Notes: generated by a model from the letters alone, not told the origin. DNA of 58,721 bases from an uncultured Candidatus Poseidoniales archaeon (GCA_964389655.1 CAYMED010000018.1:1-58721); one strand, 5' to 3'; positions 38,934-48,612 are shown, counted from the stretch's first letter. Translations and numbers: made by a program.

Positions 38934-40835
38934 TTGAAAATGAATGCTCGACTCTCACTGCCAGAAGTAAAGGAGAAGATATCTGAATTAGTCCCCAAGG
39001 GGATTGCATATGAAGTGGGTTTGGAAGGGGCGACTATCGCTATAAACACAATGGATCCCTCTGCTTTTGGAGGTGGCCAAGGCCTTACAGGGAAAATTGC
39101 CAAAGCAATTCGCCGGCGTGTTATGATTCGCCCCCATAATGATCTGTTGTCTTCGGAAGAAGATGCGCGCACTGTGATTGAGGCGCTGATTCCAGAAGAA
39201 GCAGGTGTTGAGGACATCTTCTTTGATGCCTGCATGCGAGAAGTCCTCGTTTTGTGCACCGATCCGGGTACGGCAGTGGGTAAAAAAGGATCAATCCGTC
39301 GCGAAATCAACGACAAGATTGGTTGGTCTGTGAAGATTGAGCGTGTTCCCCCCTTGAATTCAAAAACCGTTAGAGATGTGATCAAATACCGTATCGCAAA
39401 TTCTGATTCAAGGCGTTCGTTACTTGAGCGCTTTGGGCGCTCAATCTTTCGCCCCCAACGTCCGGGAACTCCTTGGGCTCGGATCACAGCCCTTGGCTCT
39501 TATCGAGAAGTGGGAAGGGCGTGCCACTTGATCACTACGAATGAGAGTCGTGTGATCGTAGATGTGGGCGTCAATATTGCTTCGGATACGGATCCTATGC
39601 CCTATTTCAATGCCCCAGAAGTATTGCCACTTGAGACAATCGATGCTGTTGTCCTTACGCATGCACACCTCGATCATGCAGGGATGTTACCTGTGATGTT
39701 CAAATATGGGTATGACGGTCCTGTGTTTTGCACCCCCCCTACTCGTGATTTGATGATGCTTCTTCAGTCGGACTACCTCAAGGTTTCAACAGCAGAAGGG
39801 AAAAGACCTCATTATGAGATGGAGCACATTCGAAAGGCGATCCTGAATACAATTGATGTTGATTGGGGGATGACGACCGATGTGGCGCCGGATGTGAAAT
39901 TGACTTTTCATAATGCAGGCCATATCCTTGGTTCCTCGTCTTGCCATTTCCACTTGGGCGAGGGGAAGCATAACATTGTATTCAGCGGTGATTCAAAGTT
40001 TGAGAAATCCTGGCTTTTTGATGCTGCGGATGTCCGTTTCCCCCGTGTGGAAACCCTCGTAATCGAATCCACTTATGGGGCGCCAGGCGATTTTCAACCA
40101 TCGCGCCTTGAAGCAACACAGGAATTGCAGGATACGGTCGTGCGAACGCTGAAACGTGGCGGCAAAGTGATGTTTCCCGTCTTTGCAGTTGGCCGCAGCC
40201 AAGAAGTGATGATTGCGATTGATGAATTATTTCGTTCAGGTGAAATCCCTACTACATCTGTTTGGCTTGATGGCATGATTCAAGAAGCCACTGCGATCCA
40301 CGCAAACCATCCGCGCTATCTTACATCTTCCTTGCGACGTTCGATATTACAGGCAGACGACACTAATCCATTTACCAGTCCATGGTTTAAGTCAGTCGAT
40401 GGTTGGGAACAACGGCAGAATATCATTTTGGATCCCTCGCCCTCAATTGTCTTGGCTACTTCGGGCATGCTCAATGGTGGTCCAATCATGGACTATGTTA
40501 AAAATTGGGCCTCGGATGAACGAAATACACTCTGTTTTGTTGGCTATCAGGCTGAAGGGACTCTAGGTCGCAGAATGCAAAAGGGATTTGCAGAACTCCC
40601 AATGCGGGAAGAGGGTCAGGTAGTTCGTGTTCCAATTTCATGCGAGGTCCTGACGATTGATGGATTTTCGGGGCACAGCGATCGCCGCCAACTGATCGAC
40701 TTTGTTGCTCCTCGGACAGTCATTTGTCACCATGGTGATGTGAAGAAATGCAATGAACTCGGCCAATCGCTTAAGTCAAAATTCAAAGTTAGGACTCATG
40801 CCCCGAGAAATCTTGAGACTGTTAGGCTATACTGA
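38934..40835 (+). CDS. fttA: Beta-CASP ribonuclease aCPSF1 / transcription termination factor FttA
   Basis: N-terminal KH domains, EVGR, THAHLDH, AGHILGS, ESTYG, AVGRSQE, GFSGHSD; conserved linkage to psmB. Confidence 0.95.
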   Translation: MKMNARLSLPEVKEKISELVPKGIAYEVGLEGATIAINTMDPSAFGGGQGLTGKIAKAIRRRVMIRPHNDLLSSEEDARTVIEALIPEEAGVEDIFFDACMREVLVLCTDPGTAVGKKGSIRREINDKIGWSVKIERVPPLNSKTVRDVIKYRIANSDSRRSLLERFGRSIFRPQRPGTPWARITALGSYREVGRACHLITTNESRVIVDVGVNIASDTDPMPYFNAPEVLPLETIDAVVLTHAHLDHAGMLPVMFKYGYDGPVFCTPPTRDLMMLLQSDYLKVSTAEGKRPHYEMEHIRKAILNTIDVDWGMTTDVAPDVKLTFHNAGHILGSSSCHFHLGEGKHNIVFSGDSKFEKSWLFDAADVRFPRVETLVIESTYGAPGDFQPSRLEATQELQDTVVRTLKRGGKVMFPVFAVGRSQEVMIAIDELFRSGEIPTTSVWLDGMIQEATAIHANHPRYLTSSLRRSILQADDTNPFTSPWFKSVDGWEQRQNIILDPSPSIVLATSGMLNGGPIMDYVKNWASDERNTLCFVGYQAEGTLGRRMQKGFAELPMREEGQVVRVPISCEVLTIDGFSGHSDRRQLIDFVAPRTVICHHGDVKKCNELGQSLKSKFKVRTHAPRNLETVRLY

Positions 40836-40848
40836 TGTGGCCGTCTTG

Positions 40849-41136
40849 CTAGAGAGGTGGTTCCCAGCCCTCATCTAGAGGGTCAGGTAATCCAGTGGGG
40901 AGAATCCCCCTGCTGGAGGTCACAAATTTGTTCTTTGCAGTGGTGGTAGGTCGGAGTGGCATCCCCTTGTATTCGCGAGTAGATGTTCGAGTGATTCGGA
41001 GAACTAGGGCGGCAGCAAGAATTGCGAGTAAGCCAGCAGCAGCAGCAGATACGTCGAGGGATCCCCCGCCACTGGCATAAATGACCATCATTCCAATCGC
41101 TGCCACAGAGAATGCGGCCACAATTTCCCGCTTCAT
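40849..41136 (-). CDS. Small 2-TM membrane protein
   Basis: MKREIVAAFSVAAIG...; two hydrophobic helices; C-terminus LPDPLDEGWEPPL. Confidence 0.55.
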   Translation of the reverse strand: MKREIVAAFSVAAIGMMVIYASGGGSLDVSAAAAGLLAILAAALVLRITRTSTREYKGMPLRPTTTAKNKFVTSSRGILPTGLPDPLDEGWEPPL

Positions 41137-41179
41137 GGGTGTCTGAGTGGGAACGTCTTGATGAACCCGAAGGATAGTT

Positions 41180-41857
41180 GTGCACGTAATGCCAAGCAAT
41201 GACGTAGAGCCGCCGACGCCATCCACTGGGCCTTCAAGGACAGGCGGCTGGTTGATGACTAGTGTTGCACCTTGGGGCGAAAATCGAGAAGATGCCTTCG
41301 ATCAATCACTTGTGGAGATGGGACTAGGCGACACTCGCATGATCCGAGTGGAGGGGGCAATGCTTCCAATGGGCTTCGTCCCCCAACCAGCGCGAGCCTT
41401 AGGGATGGGTTCTCTTGTGGAGTGTCACCTTGCGGTTGGCGAAACGTGGGATGGGGGGAGTGCTTGTGCCGGTGTAGCCTATGCGCTCGCGGTGTCCCCC
41501 GAGGGCGATGAATGCGCTATCGTGTCGACAATCTCAACCAAGGTAGACGCAGATGAGACGGAGATATTGCTTCGCCATGCTCTCAGGCGGAGGATGGCTA
41601 GCCGTGATCTTGAACTTCGCGAAGGAGGGAATAGTTATGATGTTGCAGTTGATGAAGTTACAGCAGGCCCTGAGCATCATGGTGTCGTGATTGCAGGTTT
41701 AATTCTCCCTCAGACATTTGACTTTCAACCCGTAGGTGCTGTAGGGCGTGTTCGAGAAATTACAGCATCAGATGATGATGACCATGCCCCGGGTCCACGT
41801 CGTTTAGCGGGCACTCGAGAAACGAGTGAAAAAAGTGGGGTGCGCTTTGATCTATGA
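41180..41857 (+). CDS. Pyruvoyl-dependent arginine decarboxylase (PdaD)-like protein, probably inactive
   Basis: AFDQSLVEMGLGDTRMIRVEGAMLP aligns with the PdaD consensus AFDxAL..AGI.N.NL..VSSILP, but SS is replaced by EG. Confidence 0.65.
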   Translation: MHVMPSNDVEPPTPSTGPSRTGGWLMTSVAPWGENREDAFDQSLVEMGLGDTRMIRVEGAMLPMGFVPQPARALGMGSLVECHLAVGETWDGGSACAGVAYALAVSPEGDECAIVSTISTKVDADETEILLRHALRRRMASRDLELREGGNSYDVAVDEVTAGPEHHGVVIAGLILPQTFDFQPVGAVGRVREITASDDDDHAPGPRRLAGTRETSEKSGVRFDL

Positions 41858-41866
41858 GGGAATTCG

Positions 41867-42301
41867 GTGCATGAGATTATTTTGTGCGTGATCTGTGCCC
41901 GCCATCATGGGCGACATGTGCACTCAAAATCCTCCACTTGTCCTTTGTGCGGAAATGTACTCAAGGACCCTGTCCTTGTTGTTGAACTCATTGAAGATGC
42001 TCGTGAACTTTCCGCCCGAGTCGGTGAGCTGAACCTCCCGCCTGCTTTGAGGGGCCTGTTCCCTGATGCCCTGCCACACACACCTCAATCGGCGCGAAGT
42101 TTGAGGCAGGATATTGACCGGGCAAGACACCTTTTGTTTGAAATTGGGGGGGATGGCCATCCTTTTGGAAGCGAAGATGTGAAGTTGGCCCTAGATGCAG
42201 AGGACCTAGATATTGATGCAAATGAATTGATAGAAGAGGCAGAGGCGTCTGGCATCCTGCTACGATCGTCCCCTAGCAAATGGATATGGCTTCTCAATTA
42301 G
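41867..42301 (+). CDS. Zinc-ribbon protein with a helical C-terminal domain
   Basis: CVIC...CPLCG; GAGG SD upstream of the GTG. Confidence 0.6.
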   Translation: MHEIILCVICARHHGRHVHSKSSTCPLCGNVLKDPVLVVELIEDARELSARVGELNLPPALRGLFPDALPHTPQSARSLRQDIDRARHLLFEIGGDGHPFGSEDVKLALDAEDLDIDANELIEEAEASGILLRSSPSKWIWLLN

Positions 42302-42341
42302 GGGCAAGCATCTTGTGGGGAATACCCTCCGGGGGGGTTTA

Positions 42342-42419
42342 GGGCCTGTGGGTTAGTCTGGTCTATGCTAGATGCTTTGGGAGCATTTGACCCTGGTTCG
42401 AATCCAGGCAGGCCCACCA
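42342..42419 (+). tRNA. tRNA-Pro(TGG), CCA encoded
   Basis: GGGCCTG/CAGGCCC acceptor stem, GATGC-TTTGGGA-GCATT anticodon arm, GGTTCGAATCC, ACCA end. Confidence 0.93.
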
Positions 42420-42478
42420 CTTCGATGTGGGAGCACAATCTAGATGGGGTCTATCTCGTGCGCTGAGTTGGCGGTTCA

Positions 42479-43123
42479 ATGTCGAATGGTTCCTCCCCCC
42501 CTTTAGCGGGAAAAATACGGGAATCCGAGGGTGTGCCTGCAGATGCGCGACTCCCTACTGCACATGGTGAATTCCGAATTCGAGTGTTCCATGAACTTTC
42601 CTCAGGGCTTGATCATGTCGCACTAACATTGGGTGATATGAAGGGCCCAGATCCGGTTCTTGTCCGAGTCCATTCTGAATGTCTCACGGGGGATGCTTTC
42701 GGTAGTCTCCGCTGTGATTGTGGCCCTCAACTCGATGCAGCGCTGAAGCGCATCAAAGATGTAGGGTGGGGCTGCCTGATTTATTTGCGGCAAGAGGGGC
42801 GTGGAATTGGCCTGCATGCGAAGATTCAGGCGTATAATCTTCAGGATCAAGGGGCGGATACACTAGACGCTAATCTGATGCTAGGCCATCCTGCAGATGG
42901 GCGAAATTACAAGATTGCTGCAGAAATTCTGCAGGGGTTAGGCGTTGAACGTGTTTGTCTTCTAACAAATAACCCTGACAAAGTAGTCCAGATACAAAAT
43001 TTCAGTATCGAAGTCGTCGAAAGGATGCCTCTAATTGCGGGGGTTGGTGAAATGAATCGAGAATACCTAGGGACCAAAGTTGAGCGTATGGGCCATGAGA
43101 TCGATGAAGAGAAATTGGAATGA
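42479..43123 (+). CDS. ribA: GTP cyclohydrolase II
   Basis: LPT.HG.F, VRVHSECLTGD.FGSLRCDCG.QL, QEGRGIG, LLTNNP.K. Confidence 0.96.
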   Translation: MSNGSSPPLAGKIRESEGVPADARLPTAHGEFRIRVFHELSSGLDHVALTLGDMKGPDPVLVRVHSECLTGDAFGSLRCDCGPQLDAALKRIKDVGWGCLIYLRQEGRGIGLHAKIQAYNLQDQGADTLDANLMLGHPADGRNYKIAAEILQGLGVERVCLLTNNPDKVVQIQNFSIEVVERMPLIAGVGEMNREYLGTKVERMGHEIDEEKLE

Positions 43124-43206
43124 CTCACGTGCGCTTCTCCCTATTGGCTCTGCGTCATCCCTTGACTCCTAGCCCTTAGTGTTCGCACGAAGAGTTCATC
43201 GGGCAA

Positions 43207-44130
43207 GTGCACCGGGCCTGTAATGTGGCAGCAGCATCAGGGGGGGATTCGGCTCCCTCGGCAGGGCCAATGTTCACGATGCTCCTATTTCTTGTGATGA
43301 TGCTAGTTCTAATGTCAAATCCAGGGTTACGTGGGGCTCTTGCGGGTTATGCAGATCCCGTCCTTTCCCCTATTTTACCCAAAAAGACGAGCCTCGTCTT
43401 GACTGTTATGGGGCTTGGAACTGCATCGATTTTGATGAATACGATTCTTCGGCACCTATTCATTGACCCAATTACGCAGGCACATATGGCACATCGGCAG
43501 GGGCAAATGCGCAAGATGCTCCAGCGTGCGCAAATGGCGCGGGATCATCCGAGGGTAGAGCAAGCTCGCGAGATTCAGCAGAAAATCATGCCAGAGCAAT
43601 TAGAGATGCAGGCAGCGGCAATGCGTCCCATGCTGTTTACTTTTGTATTAATCATAGCGATATTTAGTTGGGCAGCAGATGTTGTGGAGAACTATAGGGT
43701 GGATTATGTAAGTCTACCTTGGACGACTGAATGGAATCTTGAAGACCGCTTCCTCCTTTTTCCAGCATGGATCTGCTTGTACATTGTCATGTCAGCTCCA
43801 TTGGGGAGGGTTGTTGACCGACACCTCAAGTTAATTCGCCTGAAAAATCATCCCGTCGTGGTCAAGGGTGTTCCATTGGCCGAGCCCATTTTGGCAACGT
43901 TGTCTCCAGACCTTGAGGGGCCTCGGCGCAGGTCTTCATCGACTGGGAGGCGACGGTCCAATGCTGGGCGAAAACGGAAGGTATCTAAGGCAGATCCTCC
44001 GGCCCAAAAATCCCCTACTGCAGAACTCATTGCTGATGCGTCATGTCCCAAATGCAATGCGAAAAGAGTTCATCGGATAGATAGAAAGCGCCGTGTATGC
44101 GAGATCTGCATTCATGCTTGGGGGTCGTAA
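43207..44130 (+). CDS. DUF106 / EMC3-TMCO1 (Oxa1 superfamily) membrane insertase with a basic, zinc-ribbon tail
   Basis: TM-coiled coil-TM architecture, MRPMLFT..II.IF.W, W..LY; conserved position before cmk; start uncertain. Confidence 0.8.
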   Translation: MHRACNVAAASGGDSAPSAGPMFTMLLFLVMMLVLMSNPGLRGALAGYADPVLSPILPKKTSLVLTVMGLGTASILMNTILRHLFIDPITQAHMAHRQGQMRKMLQRAQMARDHPRVEQAREIQQKIMPEQLEMQAAAMRPMLFTFVLIIAIFSWAADVVENYRVDYVSLPWTTEWNLEDRFLLFPAWICLYIVMSAPLGRVVDRHLKLIRLKNHPVVVKGVPLAEPILATLSPDLEGPRRRSSSTGRRRSNAGRKRKVSKADPPAQKSPTAELIADASCPKCNAKRVHRIDRKRRVCEICIHAWGS

Positions 44131-44131
44131 T

Positions 44132-44671
44132 GTGATTCGTATGACGATTAGTGGAATGGCGGGTAGTGGGACAAGCACAGTTGCAGAAGCGGTTTCTAAG
44201 AGGAAAGGCTGGCGACACCTAAACGGAGGGAGCGTATTTCGCGAAGAAGCAAGACGGCGGAATCTTGATCTTGAATCCTTCACAAAACTTTGTGCAGAAG
44301 ACCTCTCAATTGACAGGGCTTTAGATGCTCGGCTAAAAGAAGCACTTCTTGATCCAGAGGGCCCCGAAATTGTGGAAAGCCGCCTTGCTGGGTGGTGGGC
44401 TTTTCAGGAATCTCTCGATTGTATTCGCCTGCATCTGACAATTGATCTTGAAGTGCGGGCTCAGCGAATTGCAGGGCGTGAATATCTGAGCATTTCAGAT
44501 GCTGCTAGCAAAGCACTGGCCAGGGATCAGGCAGACAGCCATCGCCTTGGTGAATTATATGGCATTGAAATCGTGGATGATGCCCCCTATACCCACACTA
44601 TCGATACCAGTTTTCGTGATGCTACTTCAATTGTTGATGAAGTAATTGGTTTGCTGGGTGGTGATTTGTGA
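44132..44671 (+). CDS. cmk: Cytidylate kinase (archaeal)
   Basis: ISGMAGSGTST, G.VFR..A, IDR.LD, ESRLAGW, R..RI..RE, YGI, IDT. Confidence 0.9.
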   Translation: MIRMTISGMAGSGTSTVAEAVSKRKGWRHLNGGSVFREEARRRNLDLESFTKLCAEDLSIDRALDARLKEALLDPEGPEIVESRLAGWWAFQESLDCIRLHLTIDLEVRAQRIAGREYLSISDAASKALARDQADSHRLGELYGIEIVDDAPYTHTIDTSFRDATSIVDEVIGLLGGDL

Positions 44672-45558
44672 GCATGTCCCTCCTTTCTTCAGATCAGGAA
44701 GATGGTTTTATCGTATTGGATAAGCAATTAGGGCCAACATCGCACCAAATCACTGCTTGGGCTAGAGATTGTCTGGGCCTTGATCGATTGGGGCATGGTG
44801 GGACGCTTGACCCTGAAGCGAGTGGTGTCCTTCTTCTCTTACTTGGGAAGGCGATGAAACTGACTCGTGTTGTCCTTTCCCATTCGAAAACATATGTGGC
44901 AGTGCTGCGTTTTGCAGGTGATCCAAGTTCACAACTCGATGCAGTCGTAGGGCGCCTAAACGGCCGCATCTACAATACTCCTCCTCGTGTGTCTGCCGTC
45001 AGAGTGCAGGTACGAACACGGATGATCTCTTCTATGCGCGTAATCGAGTCTGATGGCCGGATGGCCCTCCTTGAGATTTCTGCGGAATCTGGAACGTATG
45101 TCCGCACGATCGCGCGAGATCTTGGCCTTATGCTCGGCATGAGATGTGATCTGGTTGAGTTAAGGCGAACCCGTTCAGGACAGTGGTCGGACCGCTCAGC
45201 CGTTACACTTGCCGACATTGCAGATGCAGTTTCCGCTGCCAAGGCAGGTGACTCAAGGGGCCTCGGGCGTATCATCCACCCTTTGGATCGCCTTCTCGAT
45301 GCAATGCCTGCAGCAGTTTTGCGGCCTACCGCTGCAGCCACCGTTGCTTGTGGAGCCCCACTAATGAGGCCTGGCCTTTTGGCCTCAGAAATTGAATGCG
45401 CAGTTGGTTCGGATGTCGCAATGTGTCTATCCGATGGTACAGTCGTTGGGATAGGTGAATGGCTAGTGGAACCAGAACGCCTTGAGCGCATCGCGAGAGG
45501 GCCCGTGATCCAGCCCAGAATTATCCTCATTGATCCCGAAACAATTCGGTCTGAATGA
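44668..45558 (+). CDS. cbf5: H/ACA RNA-guided pseudouridine synthase Cbf5 (with PUA domain)
   Basis: LDK..GPTSHQ, GHGGTLDP, PP..SAV, SGTYVR, ELRRTRSG, GAPL..PG. Confidence 0.92.
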   Translation: MSMSLLSSDQEDGFIVLDKQLGPTSHQITAWARDCLGLDRLGHGGTLDPEASGVLLLLLGKAMKLTRVVLSHSKTYVAVLRFAGDPSSQLDAVVGRLNGRIYNTPPRVSAVRVQVRTRMISSMRVIESDGRMALLEISAESGTYVRTIARDLGLMLGMRCDLVELRRTRSGQWSDRSAVTLADIADAVSAAKAGDSRGLGRIIHPLDRLLDAMPAAVLRPTAAATVACGAPLMRPGLLASEIECAVGSDVAMCLSDGTVVGIGEWLVEPERLERIARGPVIQPRIILIDPETIRSE

Positions 45559-45569
45559 GGGTAAATTTC

Positions 45570-45632
45570 TCACTCCCCGTATTCTTCGTATTCCCATTCA
45601 TCTGTGACTAATCTAATCTTCAGGACTCCCAT
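45570..45632 (-). CDS. Candidate 20-aa small protein MGVLKIRLVTDEWEYEEYGE
   Basis: ATG..TGA in the intergenic gap, preceded by an SD-like GGGTG and two GC-rich hairpins. Confidence 0.35.
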   Translation of the reverse strand: MGVLKIRLVTDEWEYEEYGE

Positions 45633-45720
45633 CGTCTCACACCCGCCCTCCGCAGAAGGCGACGCCCCATTTGCGGGGGTACTTTAGTCTTTGATGCTGG
45701 TTTTGCAGACTTTAGCCCAT

Positions 45721-48105
45721 TTATCGTATTTTACGAATTTTGCCGGGGCCAAATAATATCAGCCCGATGGCAACTAGAATCACAATTCCTGCTCCACTTC
45801 CCAATAGAGTCGTGCTATGCTCTTCAAGAGCGGAAACAGACCTCTCCCCACTTGCGGAACCAGTACTCACCCCATGGTCTATTTTGACCACTATTTTTTC
45901 TTCGTTGTTCACTTCACTTGTTTCGGCGATGCGTTCAGTCTCGTCAATGAGAATCTTAATTTCGACCGCATCTGAATTTGAAAGCGGTGCCCATGTCCAT
46001 TCTATTTTCTCTTCTCTTCCTGGTTCAAGGCCCAAGATTGGTTCTGATTCACGATCAATTCCGTCGATAAACAGAGTTACACTGAATGCAGTAGCAAATG
46101 CTCTCCCCTCGTTTTTGATCAGAGCAGAGATCTTGACTGGTTCGCCATATGTAATCACCTGACCATTTGTAGGGGTCATTTCTTTGACCACAAGATCTGG
46201 ACGAATTGTACACTCAACAATGAATGTGATGGTCTCTGAAGTTGTCCCATCTGAAACACTAATCGTGATGGGGTATGTTCCAGCAGCTGTAGGGCTAATG
46301 GTCACTAGTCCAACACGCGATACTGATACCCAGTCCGTATCCGAACTGATGACAAGGGTGCTACTTGACGTGTCGGGATCAGTGAAAGAGATGTTTGCTG
46401 TGAATACATCATCAGCCTCAATGTAAATGCGATTTGGGAGGCCTGTGCGATCAATGCTTGGCCTGTCATCTTTTGGATCGATATGTAGTGTGAATGACCA
46501 ATAAATGGTGTTTGATGCATCATCCGTCACTCCGATATTTATTCTTGTGTCGCCCCATCTATCATGGGCAGGGGTTAGATGAATCCGCCCATTTTTCTCT
46601 ATTGCTGATGCGAGATTTTGGTTCTCTATACTTGCTGAGACGACTAGGTCTTCTTGATCGGTACGGTCGTCTGAACATCCGGCAATGATGTTGACGACGT
46701 ATGTGGGGTCATCTTCGTCCATCGTGATGTCGGATGTTCTACTACAAACAGGATCCAAATCAATGCTTACATTGTATCCTTCGCTTAATTCCACAGAATT
46801 GACCGCCAGTGAGAATGATTCTTCTGCCCCCTGATCTGCCCACTGTATGCGGACGCGAATCTCTAGATTTGCCCCCTGCTTCAGGTGCTCATGAGTAGAT
46901 CCGCTGAGTTCAAAATTTCCACTGGAAAGAGCCGTTTGAGCAATGATCTCTCCATCAATTTTGAGTGCAATGCTACTTGAATTTGAATCGAGGCCTGCAA
47001 GTTCACCTGTGATCACTCCTTTGGCTGATAATACTGTGTCATTGATGTCTATACGCACTGCTTCTAAACACCCGTTTTCCACTTCAATACGGATTTTCAA
47101 ATCATCGGTTTCATTGATCCTCCCATCTAGTGGCAAGATTTGCCATTGAGTTACTTCTCCATTTTCGGTTGGTATACCCCAATATGCTGTTATGTTTCCG
47201 GAGTGGGGTGTTGAAACATGGGTTGCCCGTTGCTGAGCCGGAATCTCAATGGTCTCAGATGTCCATGTGCCATTACTTGGTGAGGTGGTGCTTAGTCCAC
47301 AAGGCGCCATATCAAGTCCCTGTCGTGTTCCAGATGTCAGGCCAATATCGAACCAAGGTTGCATGGGTAGATCTAGGGTGTGTCGGGCTTGGATGATTTC
47401 AAAGCCATTTGACAGGCGTTGCACATCTACTTCTATGCCCACAGCATCCAGATATATTGAGGAGTCATCTTTTCCACCCGTGGCGTGGTAGTCTACTTCG
47501 ATTGACAAATCTGCTATTGTCGTGCCAGACCATCCATATTGGTCTGTTAAATTAATTCTCCACCAGGGTTCAAGCATTGCATTCAATGGTGTGTCGGAAT
47601 GAAACCATGTATGGATTAAATCCCTCGATCCATTTCCCCACTTGGTATATAATCGAACTTCATCATCATTGAGTTGTTGTGGGATCTCGGCGGCTATGAG
47701 CAATGTTACTGAAATAATTGGAGATGTGCCAACAACTGATTCACTAAATCCTCCAACCTCGATCACAGGCCCATCACTGGTTGAAGATGCGCCATCCGGT
47801 GCTCCAGTAGAAAGAGGGTGTGCGCTGATGTTATCCGATGCCCATATCTGCTTTTTTACGCTATTCAAGGGCCTTTGATGGGATAACATGAGGTTACCGT
47901 TAGTAATCTCGGACGATGTATATTCAAGAGGGCCTCCAAATCCATGCATGCCATCAATGGTCCATTCTGAAGCATCCCCAAAGTCACCTTCTGGAAGCAT
48001 TTCTACTGCAGATATGCTTAGTACGGTGTCGGAACTGACCTGTAGCAAGGGGCAGACTAAGCACCCTACCAGAAGCGCGACTAGACCCGCATCCTTGCGC
48101 CTCAT
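45721..48105 (-). CDS. Large surface protein with cadherin/Ig-like repeats, a CARDB domain and a C-terminal TM anchor
   Basis: Signal peptide MRRKDAGLVALL; MDEDD..DxxP cadherin-like repeats; PDLVV..IKNEG..E..E.NN CARDB; TM followed by KIRKIR. Confidence 0.82.
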   Translation of the reverse strand: MRRKDAGLVALLVGCLVCPLLQVSSDTVLSISAVEMLPEGDFGDASEWTIDGMHGFGGPLEYTSSEITNGNLMLSHQRPLNSVKKQIWASDNISAHPLSTGAPDGASSTSDGPVIEVGGFSESVVGTSPIISVTLLIAAEIPQQLNDDEVRLYTKWGNGSRDLIHTWFHSDTPLNAMLEPWWRINLTDQYGWSGTTIADLSIEVDYHATGGKDDSSIYLDAVGIEVDVQRLSNGFEIIQARHTLDLPMQPWFDIGLTSGTRQGLDMAPCGLSTTSPSNGTWTSETIEIPAQQRATHVSTPHSGNITAYWGIPTENGEVTQWQILPLDGRINETDDLKIRIEVENGCLEAVRIDINDTVLSAKGVITGELAGLDSNSSSIALKIDGEIIAQTALSSGNFELSGSTHEHLKQGANLEIRVRIQWADQGAEESFSLAVNSVELSEGYNVSIDLDPVCSRTSDITMDEDDPTYVVNIIAGCSDDRTDQEDLVVSASIENQNLASAIEKNGRIHLTPAHDRWGDTRINIGVTDDASNTIYWSFTLHIDPKDDRPSIDRTGLPNRIYIEADDVFTANISFTDPDTSSSTLVISSDTDWVSVSRVGLVTISPTAAGTYPITISVSDGTTSETITFIVECTIRPDLVVKEMTPTNGQVITYGEPVKISALIKNEGRAFATAFSVTLFIDGIDRESEPILGLEPGREEKIEWTWAPLSNSDAVEIKILIDETERIAETSEVNNEEKIVVKIDHGVSTGSASGERSVSALEEHSTTLLGSGAGIVILVAIGLILFGPGKIRKIR

Positions 48106-48205
48106 ATGTGTCGAGGCAGTCAGGTTGTCCTTCAAGCAAGCGGTGCCGTGAGCGTGATTCTTTTCTTCGTTCGATTGAAATAGCGTTGCAGGATGGGCCA
48201 TTTAC

Positions 48206-48283
48206 GGCTGTGGTAGTGTAGTTGGTTAACATACCAGATTGTGGATCTGGTGATCCCGGGTTCAAGTCCCGGTCACGGCCCCA
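48206..48283 (+). tRNA. tRNA-His(GTG), with G-1 and CCA encoded
   Basis: G + GCTGTGG/TCACGGC acceptor stem, C discriminator, CCAGA-TTGTGGA-TCTGG anticodon arm, GGTTCAAGTCC. Confidence 0.95.
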
Positions 48284-48292
48284 TTTGGCCCA

Positions 48293-48547
48293 TTAACCCC
48301 CGGTTCCAGGCCAGTGTATGTGGATGCACCATCCACGTGTTCTCTGTTCGACCTCTAAGATCCGGCCACCTTCCCGATGCAATAGTGCGGGTACGTCATG
48401 AAGTGCTTCCGGGTCGTCGACTAGAAGATGAATTATTGCACCCTTACTAAGCGCCCTCATTGTTCGCCTAGTTTCAGCAACCGGGACCGGGCAGCGAGTG
48501 CCTAACACGTCGACCTCGAATACTTCTGTGTCGATTGGCACTCTCAC
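48293..48547 (-). CDS. tusA: TusA-family sulfur carrier
   Basis: VDVLGTRCPVPV, LVDDP.A..DVP. Confidence 0.88.
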   Translation of the reverse strand: MRVPIDTEVFEVDVLGTRCPVPVAETRRTMRALSKGAIIHLLVDDPEALHDVPALLHREGGRILEVEQRTRGWCIHIHWPGTGG

Positions 48548-48612
48548 GTGGGTCCGAGGGGATGGGTTCTTTCAGGATGTGGGTGGGTCGCCTCTTTGGT
48601 GAGGGTAGGTAG

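Noticed and set aside
43900-44130. DUF106 tail as a fused ribosomal protein L34e (normally encoded at this position)
   Set aside because: Cys spacing (x14) does not fit, and the L34e RTPGG and RPYGG motifs are absent
45559-45720. H/ACA or C/D guide RNA next to cbf5
   Set aside because: No clear K-turn, ACA box or RUGAUGA/CUGA pair could be identified
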